Positions 42,591 to 53,700 of a stretch of 64,000 nt of DNA are shown piece after piece. The first letter of the stretch is position 1; each line of letters opens with the position of its first letter. The DNA is from Cenococcum geophilum (taxonomy: Eukaryota), in assembly GCA_050273025.1 (NCBI GenBank), contig CP158635.1:10974001-11038000 (forward strand). Reading direction: 5' to 3'. Below the pieces are notes generated by a model that saw only the letters and a list, made by a program, of their open reading frames with translations, was not told where the DNA came from and did not search any database. The position numbers and the translations under genes are program-made.

Positions 42591-43706
42591 ATAGTAGATT
42601 TTTTTAGATATCTATAACTTAGTAGTTAGCGCGCAATAAGGTTTTAATAGGTGTTATACACTATAATACGGACGCTATATGTCCGCTAGGCTATAATGGT
42701 TTTTTTAGAGTAGCTTTTATAGATCTATACGGGTTTTATATATATTAGCTAGTGTTTAATAAAGTTATATATAGTTACAGAATTGCTAATAACGCTTTTT
42801 TTTTAATGAAAATGATTATAAGATCTGAAAATACCTAAGTAATAAAAATGATGTATTCTAAAAGCCTACATTCTATTATATAATTAATTAACTTTAGGAA
42901 ATAATATAAAATACTAGTATTAAGTTATTTTAATATCCGCAACCTTCGCAACGTAAATATTATCTAAAAAAACTAAGAAACATTAGAAATGTGGCTTAGA
43001 CGTAATTTTAGTAGTTTTGCATAAATATAGTTAGTTAGCTTACGGACCAATTGAAAATCTATACCAATAGAATTACGTCTAAGCCTACTAAGGTAAAATG
43101 TCTAATATAATCTAAGGGTTACCTCAGCAAGCTTAAACGTGATTCCGTTAGTGCGGATTTTTAATTAGTCCGCAACCTAATTAACTACGTTTGTGCAAAA
43201 CCACCGGAATTATATCTAAGAGACATTTCTAATATTTTTTACGCTCTTTAACAATATCCGCGTTACGGAGGTTACGGATATTTAAATAACTTAACACTAA
43301 TATTTTATATTACTTTCTAAAGTTTATTAATTATATAATAGAGCATAGGCTTTTAGAATATATTATTTTTATTAAAAAAACGCGTTTTTAGGGATTGTAG
43401 AACTATATATAATTTTATTAAACGCTAACTAATATATATAAAACCTATATAGATCTATAATAGGTACCTTAAGGCACTTACTATAGCGAGGTGGATATAT
43501 AATATCTCTATTATATTAGATAATCTTCCTCTAAACCTAACTATATACTAACTACTAAGTTATAGATATTTAAGCCAATGTATAGTATACTACTATAAAA
43601 ACTTATTATATAGAGAGGTAGAATGTTAAATAAGATACTAGAATACCTACTACCGTATTAGGTGCCGGATACTCAAAATTAAAGAAGGTATAGGATAGAG
43701 CGGGAG
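42470..43706. repeat. ~1.2-kb imperfect palindrome (two related element ends head-to-head), centre ~43108
   Basis: TTACGTCTAAGCCTACTAAGGTAA (~43073-43096) is inverted to TTACCTCAGCAAGCTTAAACGTGA (~43119-43142). TATAGATCTATA..TATATATATTAG (~42718) pairs with ~43428-43459. The diverged match extends into the helicase 5' end. Confidence 0.85.
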
Positions 43707-44071
43707 CGAGCTACGAACCTTAAAAACCACCAAAAATCGGAAAAACTACACCTTTAATATCTTAACAATGGCTTAATAATAAATTCCGAAATTTTATAAT
43801 TAGCCTTTTATACCTACTTTAAACCTCTTATTAGATTTAAAAGGTAATCTATTAAATAGCTCTAAAGATATTATAATTTAGCTTAAAATTAGGGGCTAAA
43901 ACCCAATATTTTAATAACGGTCAGGCTTATTACGCTAGAATTTTATTTAGAGTCTTAACGCAGGCATAAAAGGCTAATCATAAAATCTCGGAATTTATTA
44001 TTAAGCCATTGTCGAGATATTAAGGTACAGTTTTTCCGATTTTTGGTGGTTTTTGAGGTTCGCAGCTCGCT
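43705..44071. mobile_element. Foldback/MITE-like element with ~115-120 bp inverted repeats
   Basis: AGCGAGCTACGAACCTTAAAAACCACCAAAAATCGGAAAAACT... is inverted to ...AGTTTTTCCGATTTTTGGTGGTTTTTGAGGTTCGCAGCTCGCT. No TSD seen. Confidence 0.75.
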
Positions 44072-44795
44072 GGTGGAACACATTAATAACGTCTGAGCTT
44101 GCTGAAGTAACGCCCCACATCTGCCGATAAGTACGTCTATAGCTAATAGCTGATTCCTAACCCAACGTTTAATCTATCACTCCCATCAGCTTACACCGCC
44201 GCGTGGCATACATCCAGGATTAGGTCACGCCTGTCTTTCATAAAATCAGAATTTGGCACTTATTTGCCAGTTGCCGATCCCAGTTTCCGCGCGCCTCAAT
44301 AACCGCTGCCTTTTGACAGAAACATTGCAAAACCGTAGGGTTAAAGGAGTACAACCGAGGCTATTCGAGTAGCTTCACAGGACTCATTACAATAAAAGCA
44401 CAGCACAAGCATGATCAAGCAACAACTCGAGGCCAAGTACATTAACCTTGCGCTCCTGCGCCAACTTTTAATAAGAGAGTTTACAGTAGGAGGATTCCGT
44501 ATTGATGTATGAATGCTCCTCTCACTGCCAAAACCTTCTTTCTCCATGCTTTAGCTAACCTTGTTTCTAACACCACCAGACCGTCGACGATGATTATGTG
44601 CTAGAAATTCCGCGACGGCTGACACAGGTACTATGGCCTACATAACTGCACTTAGGCTTCATTACTTACAAGACCAAGGATGAAGAAAAGTCAGTTCAGA
44701 AGAGTGGATAGTCTTTGAGTTGGGAAATTCGATTGGCAACTTTTGGCCGCCCACCTTCAATTGGCTTTTACCAGCAATTGCATATTTAGCCTAAC

Positions 44796-47750
44796 CTACA
44801 GCGGTAAACAGGATTTCTGTAGCTTTTCAAGAACCTGAACTTGAAACTCCAAGAGTCTGTCTTCACGTCGCTGCTCTGTCTCATCTGTACCGGCATTTCT
44901 GGTGTAGAAGCGCAAACACGTGATGACGGCGTCGCAGTAGCCGGTCCCCATTCGTTGCGGGATATAGTTCTCAGCTGTACGAATTAAAAGTTTCTCTCTA
45001 TCGTGCAGCTGAAGCCTTGAATCTACCATTTTGTCCACCGTCCTCCATAGCGCAATTTCCAAAAGAGTGACGCCCAACGAGTAATAATCAAACAGAGGAT
45101 GGAATCTCGCTCCTGGAATCTGATACGCAGGGTGCACGAAAATCCTATGTCCGGATTGGGAGAGCGGCCCAGTAGAATATGCTTCTGAGTGATCTTGCCG
45201 GCTGTACTGAAATCCAACCAAGAAGGGATCGGATATCCTAATTTTGTTATAATGTTGACCAGGTTCCTTAAAGAAGACGATGTTAAAGGAAGAAACAGAT
45301 TTGTGGAGCCAGCCAGCTAAATGAATGCTATGAATGCAACAAGTAATTGCTAGAGATAAAGCGAACTTCTGATTAAGCGTCGGGTTGACTTCTGGCTCTT
45401 TTGTATTCCGTATGACATCGAAGAGTGTAATCGGCTCCAAGTCTTCGCAATGCTGCTCTACACCAGGGTAGTCATATAAAAGTCCAAACCGCCGTTTTTC
45501 TGGCTCATGATATACACCTAGGCAATCCAATACTCTCATGTCTTTTGGCTTAGGTTTCATTTGGAGCAGCATAGCCAGCTCTTGGACGCGATTAAAAATC
45601 TCCTTTCCTCTAGCTGCGAACTCCTCATCATTTGTGTTATTCATCCAAACATTGTCGTAAGACCTCTGCTCTACCAAGATCTTCTTTTTGTCGTCCTGCC
45701 GATATCCTTGGTGATACCAACGAATAGATAATGGGTTGGGCTTTATGGGGACTGTTTCCGTGAGGCTGATCAAAGCCGGGTCTATGATATTTACTCCAAG
45801 AGTACCAGGTTGAGAGAGCTGAGCTGATAGTAGAATAGACATGTATCTCGCTGCGGCAAGCATGCTAGCTTCCTGGTGCTGAGAGGAACCTTGAAGCGGG
45901 GTAGTGTTACGGTCAAAATTTGAAAGTATTTGAGATTCTTTAGCTTCAACCGTCAGGAGATGAAAGGCGTTGTCGATGCACTTCTTTGTCGACTCTGATA
46001 GGCATTTGAGAAGAGAATTGTTGGTCGTGGTCAGACATGATAAAACCACTTGGCGACTCTCAACTTCGCCACTAGAACTTTGCAGTGTGACTAACTCACT
46101 CTTGCAAGCTGATAGAAGAGCGAGGATCTCCTTATACATTTTGCTTCCTTGCATGTCATATGGCTTTGTCTGACCCTGAACCGAGTGTACTCCAAGGGTA
46201 TATCCCCATGCACGTAGTCGATTGCTTTCGAGCGCTGTCCTTGCTAGATAGACCGTCGAGAGGTTTGCATGGTCCTGGGGCGCCATCAAGTGCTCGAGCA
46301 GATCTATTATTGTGTGTAACCATTGACGAATAGTAATCTGGTCCAATATTCTGACCACTTCTGCCGATTTTGGTCTTTTGTTTGGATCTGCGATGAGAAG
46401 GTCGGATGAGATGGGGAATAATCCAGCGGAGTAATCAATAGAGTGACGCTCTTCCATGGTCTGAAGCCATGAAACGACCCTCGGACTCAGAGATCCTTCG
46501 TGGTGGAAGCAATTATGCCTTCCGTACAATCCGTCAAGCTGACGTTGTTCCCTAAAGGCCTTTACGCCAGATATCCCTTCAAGGACAAATGTCGCAATCT
46601 CGCTCATAACGCAGCCAAGAGACCATATGTCAAAAGCTCGACTGATGTATAACTCCTCAAGGGTCACGAGGTCATGCGACTCCGGAGCCCCGTAAGTGGG
46701 GAAAGTGTTCTTCCATTTCGTTTTCGTATCTTCACCCGCATCCCTGAGACGCGAGAGACCAAAATCAGCAAGAACCAGAAGTTTTCCACGCACGAGAATA
46801 TTTCGCGGCTTAATGTCATGGTGGTAGCCGTGTCTGATAATTTCATCCGCTTCCTTCCCATTTACGGCTAATGGGCGGAAATTATGTAAATAATGAAGAC
46901 CGTTTGCGAGCCCTCTAACAGAGTCATTTACAGTTTTGGTGTCTCGAAACCATTCTGGAGGGGATATATTAAGAAGCAAATCGTGCAGGTCAGATTCAGC
47001 TGGTTGGAAAAGAAGGTTGCAAAAACCACGCTGCGTGTATGATGCGAGCAAGCAGACGATGTTCTCATTCCTTAGGCTTCTCAAAAGGAACAGAAGATCA
47101 TATTCTCTTTTCTGGGCTTCAGCAGATATGCTTTGTGAGATCTCTTTCCTTATAAGGTCAACGCCCTAGAAGAGTTTCGTTAACACGTCTACAAGGTAAA
47201 ACGAAAGACGACTTACTTGAGCTTTACGCGAGTGATCCCAATTTTGATACAAAGAATGCATAGTAACTTTATACACGGTTGAGAAGCCACCGGATGAGAA
47301 TTGTTTGTCATGAATGAAAGGAAGAATGCGCTGAGGCTCTAGGGCACTATGAAAGTGTTCTCGAAACTTGAATGGAATATACTCCCATTGCAGTTTCTGA
47401 AAGTGAGACGCCGACTCTGGAATCATTTCTGAGAGTTTGGCTTCTGAAAGAGGCAAGGCAGAATCCATCACGCATCTCTCCAAGAACATAGTGAGCTTAG
47501 CTTCCAGCCTCAATTCTATTAGAATTGCGAATATCTTTCGACCATTCTCAAAAATTTCTGCGGCGACAAATTTGTGCTGATGATTTGGAATTGAGAACGA
47601 CGGGCTGGCGAGACTATTTTCAATCTTCTCCTGCGTCAAGAGCTCATGAAGGCTGCCTTCTGATACGAACTGGAGAGTTTGAGTACTTCCATCCTTGTCT
47701 GGAATTTCTCGAAGACGTTGAAGTCCTAGTCGAAGGTTATCAGTGTCCAT
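44796..47750 (-). CDS. Gene A: ~967-aa tandem kinase (Ser/Thr kinase + HeLo-like helical segment + C-terminal pseudokinase); exons 47750-47217 and 47165-44796
   Basis: A 51-nt intron GTAAGT...CTAG (47216-47166) joins the 194-aa and 762-aa ORFs in frame. Kinase 1 has SSGGFSTV, IRKE, HHDIKPRN, DFG, GAPE and DIWSLG. The middle has ARTALESNRLRAWGYTLGV (HeLo-like). Kinase 2 has WLHKSVSSFNI, LVGFQYSR and DYYSLGVTLLEIALW, with no catalytic Asp or DFG. Confidence 0.88.
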
Positions 47751-48119
47751 GTTCGATCTCTATGATTCGTCCTACCCAAAGGCAGCAGACAATCATCTGG
47801 CACAAAGTAGTGTGGTATCTGCAGGCTTCAGTCGCTTATATTTCGGCTCGAATTTTATGCTAGTTGCCTTGTTAGGCAACGATTAGGCATCGATAAGGGC
47901 ACCCGAAGAACGACACCCTATGCAGTAGCGAGCGCACCCCGACCAGTGAAATCTATACACGTAATAGCTTTGCTGTACATGGTAGGGGACATTGGTCCAT
48001 TTTAATGTTGTGGCAACCGTCGATAATACCATCCCAAAGAAGATTTGTTAGAGAATAATTAGAATTACAAACTTATCAAGAGACCTTTATTCAAGGGCAT
48101 CTCAGTGAGCCAACCAGAC

Positions 48120-49860
48120 ATGGAGCACTTGACAGTGTCGTTATTTGAACATTCGCTCTCAACAGGCTCTAGCCCAGACGATCAAAGAGAACTTTTAGAG
48201 CAAAGTCTGTCTCGTCTATTTGCGACGCAGGGCGCAGTAGAGTTTTGGGAATATAGAAGAGAGCAGCATACCCTGCTAGAGCAGACTTTCTCTTCAGCCG
48301 AAGCGTTCAGACTTACTCACATGGTAGGGAATTGGCGTATTCGTACTTAATAGAACGAAGTACCAGGATTACTAACATGGGAGCAAGCAAGACGCGCGAC
48401 CCTCAAAGTCTTGGGACCTGCATCTTTTAAGTACCCTCTATCATATTTTCATTTCACATCACTAATTATATTAATTAGTTTTGTAAACCAGGGTCATTCA
48501 TGGAGCAAACTACAAGTGTCCTCTGAATTGCTCCTACAGATTCTAGCCCACCATCGAATATCATCTTTTCTTATTGACTTCGTTCATTGCTTTGGAGATA
48601 AGGTGACTGGAGATGATAACCCATACTATGGAACATTTCATGCGGCTTTCTCCTTGCCAAATGACGGAAAATCACTGCAATTAAACCAGAATTACGGTAA
48701 TCTGAGCATTAACCCGTCTCATTGACATTCGGTTTATAAATTTCTAGAGTTCTGCTGTCACCTACGTCGCTTCGAAAGACACGATAATAGACAGCTAAAA
48801 GATCCCTGGTCTTTGCGACAAATGACCGCTTATCAGCGGTATGATTTCGACAGCGAGAAGTCGACATGGGTGTTGATTAAAGCTTTCCAAGGCTGTAAAT
48901 CTAGACTACGAACCGTCATCTCTAAAGGTCGCCCCAAACATCCCATGGCCTTGCATCTGTTATTCCTGACGATGGCAACCGAAAACTGGAGGTGGTATAT
49001 CGACTGCCTGCGTCGAAGGCTTGCCGAATTTGTAAGTACCACTCTTGATTGTAGATACACACTTAATCAGGCAGTTGAATAGACCGAAAAGGCGACATTC
49101 TCGTGCGTGGAACAGACCAGAGCGGACTACGACATTAAATTCGCAGACAGCCAGCGCCTTCATACCCTTGAGTCCAAGCTAATCATAGCTATTGCTGTTC
49201 TTGAAGAAAATATCGATATCGGAGAAGGCATGAAAAGGCACTGTAACCGTCTAGAACGAACAGAGAAAACGAAAATCTACAAGAAAATAAAAGAGGTCAT
49301 AATTTGTGACTTAGAGGTGCAAATAGCACATCTGCATCTACATAGACGGGCTGCGGAGCTGCTGATATGCCAGCTGCGTGGGACATGCACTTTGGTTCGA
49401 CACCGCTCTAAACGTTGCTACTCCAGTCTCTAATGCCAGCATAGCTGTTGAAAGTCCTCGATTATAGGAACGATTTGATAATGAAGGATTATAGTAAAAT
49501 TGCAAATGAACTCGCTGGGATCGCCAACGCGCAAAACACGAGCCTGAAAGTTCTCGCCCGTGAAACAAAGCGGGACTCACGGTTGGTGAAAGTTTTAACG
49601 GTCATCGCTATTGCGTACCTTCCGGCCAACCTCATTGCGGTAAACCAGAAATTTCCCGCCTCTAAGTTTTTCTCCAAATGGTCTTATCTAATTGGATCTA
49701 GGCGATTTTCTCATCTGGTCTTGTCAGGACATCCGATCAGGACTTTCACGGATCTTCGTTTCATATAAGCAGAGATTTTTGGATCTATCTTCTAACTTCC
49801 ATAGCAGTTACTATCGTAACAGTATCCACGGCTTTCTGGTGGGACCGACGCGGATACTAG
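48120..49860 (+). CDS. Gene B: fungal CorA-like membrane protein with two C-terminal TM helices, about 7 exons
   Basis: Spliced ORFs give HSWSKLQVS..FLIDFVHCFG, LRRFER..DPWSLRQMTAYQRYD, HPMALHLLFL..ENWRWYI, FADSQRL, DSRLVKVLTVIAIAYLPANLIA|AIFSSGLV, FWIYLLTSIAVTIVTV..WW and a TAG at 49858-49860. GT-AG introns at about 48324, 48431, 48697, 49032, 49395 and 49640. The junctions of the first two exons are uncertain. Confidence 0.82.
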
Positions 49861-50730
49861 GAAATCATGTAACGGCGAATTCGCATGGACACAATACCTG
49901 TTGGATTCAGGGCTCCCAACGATAACCTTACTCATTCATTTATCGCGATATGCTTATCGTTATGAAGTGATATGGATACAATATTGAATCTTATGAATGG
50001 ATGAATATTCATAAGCTTATGGATATATATATGATTTGGAGCGTTGGCGCTAGGCAGTGGTGTTGTAAAGGGGTAGTACGGTGTTCGCAAAGGATTATGA
50101 ATACGCCTATCGTTCTAAAATATACGCACAAATAAAAAATTTATTAGCAAACACACAAATGCCAGCCTTCCTAACCACCCCCGCAAATCTACCACTTACA
50201 ACTAAGTCCTATAGCTTCCCCTACTTCAGAATCTCTTTTCATTGACTTCGACAGCAGTTCCGATAATTCATCTAAAAGACATAAGCCTTATTGATTCGAG
50301 AGGCAGAAAGGGGGTGACGATTTGGGAGGACTCCGAGGACGATCGCTCCCTTAACACCTCGCCAAGCCCGGTGATATTGCTTATTAAGTCAATATCGCGA
50401 TATTATCGCGATATTGAATATCTAGAGGCCTTAATGATATGAATACGATAAGTGGTACGAATATACATTTATTCATTACTGGGAGCCATGGTTGGATTGA
50501 GCTAGAGAAGTTATAATATGCTAGACTCGTAGTATTACGTGGCCACTCATATAGTTGCGTCGCTTATAGAGCTGAACAGCCTAGAAGACACCAATTTTAA
50601 GAGTTCAACAATACCACTATCAGCTGTCAAAGCGTAGGAAAATTCTCCTATTACGTATAGACAAAATGTGATATTACTCGAATAAATGTTTGGTTCGAAT
50701 TAGCTTTCGCCGTTACTATTAACAGATTAT

Positions 50731-53700
50731 CTATTCTTGCTTGGAATATAGAGAGTGATTATGCTCAGCAGCTTGCGTTTCCTCATCGTCCGGCCCCAGG
50801 GTTGAGCGGCAGATTTCCAGAACCAAACCGCTTATTGAAATTGCCTCTTCGCGATCTCCTTGTCGAAATAGAATCCCTGCTGCTTGAGTTCCTACGCGGA
50901 TAAAGGTGGGATTTGATTGTCCGTACCCCAATTCACACTTTTCTAGTGCCTGGGCGATACACTGTCGTGCCTCTACATGTTTTCCCTCTCGCTCCATTAC
51001 CCACGCCAGGATAGCAGACAACTCCAAAGTCTTTTCGCCACCCTCTCCAAATGCCTTCGTGGAGATAGTGATGCATTCACGATACGTTGATTCTGCTTCA
51101 ACTAAATTTCCGCGCTGATTCAAAACAGACGCAAGGTTCCACAACCGTTCCAGAATATCCGGATCATCAGGGCCCAAACATTTCCTACTGTATTCGAGAG
51201 CTTCTCTCTGTACCTCTTCAGCTTCATCAAGTTTGTCTTGACAAACTAGTGCTTTGTGTAAATCGTCGATATTCTCGAGAACTTCAACACAGCAGTTGCC
51301 AAACCGAGCCCTTTTGGCTTCAATAATACGCCGATGAAGATGCTCGGACTCGTCGTGGCGGCCTTTGTCCTGAACATATGTCGCAAGGTTCTGCATACAT
51401 GACCAGGTTTCCTCGGTGTCCATGCCTAGCAAGCCTATTGATAAATCCAATGCTCGTCCATAAATTTTTTCAGCTTCATCACTACCTAGGAGTTCGAGGA
51501 CGTTTCCTAGACCAGATAGTGTCGCCAAAAGTGTCACCTGATTGCCACCAACTCGATGTTCTTGGCGATAAAGCAGGGATCGATAGCATGTCTCTGCTTC
51601 ATGTAACTTGCTATGTTCGAGTAAAAAGTCGCTATAGCTATGCAACGAGACTAAAGTTTCTGGGTGCTCCAAACCAAACATTTGTTCTCCTCCATGAATG
51701 CATATCTCGAACATGTTCTTTGCCTGTTCAAAATCTCCTTTCTTTTCATAAAGCCTTGCCTTTCCGAGGAAAATTTGTAGCGCCACTGGATGGTTTGGTC
51801 CTAGAGTTTCCTGTATCATATTTAAGGCTTCATCGTAGCAGCCAAGGCTTTCGTCATACATTTCCAATCCTAGATAGAGAGTGCCACAATTAGCGAGAGC
51901 CGCGGATCGTAAAGGATGACTATCACCGATGACCAGGCGAAACTCTGGCATTGCTCGATCCAGGAGTTCTTTTGCAAGCTTCACATCTTCCTTATGCAAA
52001 TAGAGAAGCGCCAAATTATTGAGGCTAATCAATGTACTGTAGTGGTGCGGGCCGAACATCTTCTCGCTTAGGCGGAGCTCTTCTTCGCAATATTCCTGGG
52101 CTTGGTCATAATTGGCTTGATAGATGTAAAAGGCGCCAAGATCACTCATAACGTTCAGAGTGGCTTCATGGAGCTTTCCGAAGATAGATTCTCTTTGAGA
52201 AAGGACAGACTTGTAAAGCCTCTCCGCTTCTTCAAAGGACCCTAAATCCTGGAGCAGTTGTGCTTGCATGTGAACGCTAGATAATGTCAAAGGGTGATTC
52301 TCTCCAAAGAGTCGAACTCTTTCGCTAAACAACCATTCGCAATATCGATATGCCGCCTTGTACTTTCCCTACAGGCGATACAATCCCGATAACTCGCTCC
52401 ACAGAACGTGTGTATCGAGATGCTGAGGACCAAATTCGGGATGATTTTCCAACCATTGTACCTGCTCCTCTTGTAGGTCTGCTGCTTTGGCATAGTCGCC
52501 GGCTCTTTTCAAAACTGATGCGAAAGTCGATTTCATGCCCACTGATACCAGGGATTGGCTACCTAAACAACATTCAAGGTCAGATATTTCCCGCTCATAT
52601 CCTTGTATGATCTGATCAAGTGAATAATCTGCTTTGTACGCATCAAAATAATCCACAGGGCGTAGATATCCCTCGTTATTTAAGTTGGTGAGAAAGCGGC
52701 TATGGTATAGGAACGGATCAGAAGTTGGCGATATCTGTGATATAAGTTGTACCTCGCTCTGAAGCTCGGCAGCGGCCCTTCCAGAATTCTGTAACCACTC
52801 TTGGGAAGATCGCTCGCTTGCAGCAATACCAAATCCAATTTTAAAGCAGAGCGCAAGCTGAAAGGCCGAATTCTTCTGGCACCTCAAGCATTTGTTGTAT
52901 CGCGCCTCATGCAATATGCACTTCATAATGTGCTCCCTGACCCTGCGATCAATTTTTACGAACTGCAATATGCTTTCGGAAATCTACAGGCCATTAGCCT
53001 TGAGCTAAGATACAATGAAGGTTTTAAGCACCTGGAAGTCATGGTGTTGCTGGAATTCATTCTCATGATCTTCGATCGTTCCGGGAATGATCTCTTCAGT
53101 CGGAATCCACTCAGTCACATCAAACTCCGGATTGCTTCGTATACCATCTGGAATATTTTTGAGAACTTCTGAGACTACTTGGAAATCCGTCGCTCGGTCG
53201 ACCGGATCAGGGGCAAGTGTCATTTCGAATAGTTTCATTAAACCCTCTTTCTGTCCGGAAGTCGGAGACTCTAACGACCCAACCTGGCTTCGACAGAATG
53301 GGCGCATTTTATCCATCGTTTTTAGACCGTCAATTGTCCTAAAGTTGTGTTTTCCAGCACCTTCTAGAGTGGGATTGTCGGCTAGATCCAGAGCAATTGG
53401 GAATTGATTGGAGAGCTCTTCCCGGAAAAGAACCCATGCACATAACATCCCAAACGAGAATATGTCAGTTTTAATTGCTTCAGAGGGGCTGAGTAGATTT
53501 GATTCGTAGCAAACTTCAGGAGCATTCCAAGGCTTTGAGCATGGGACAGTTATAGCGGAGTCATCTTCATACTCCGTGGAATACCCAAAATCTGAAAGTT
53601 GTGCGGTGAGAGCCTGGCCATTCAAATCCGTTATTAAGATGTTCTGCGGTTTTATATCACCATGTATGATATCTGGACGTGTAAGTAATCTTCACCCGAA

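Noticed and set aside
44341..44547. 68-aa ORF as a fourth gene or amyloid-motif peptide
   Set aside because: No recognisable motif or G/N/Q pseudo-repeats; it lies in the probable 3' region of gene A.
50731..52332. Stand-alone 533-aa TPR gene
   Set aside because: Starts at TTG mid-repeat and is in frame with the upstream exon across a single TAG, so it is part of gene C.
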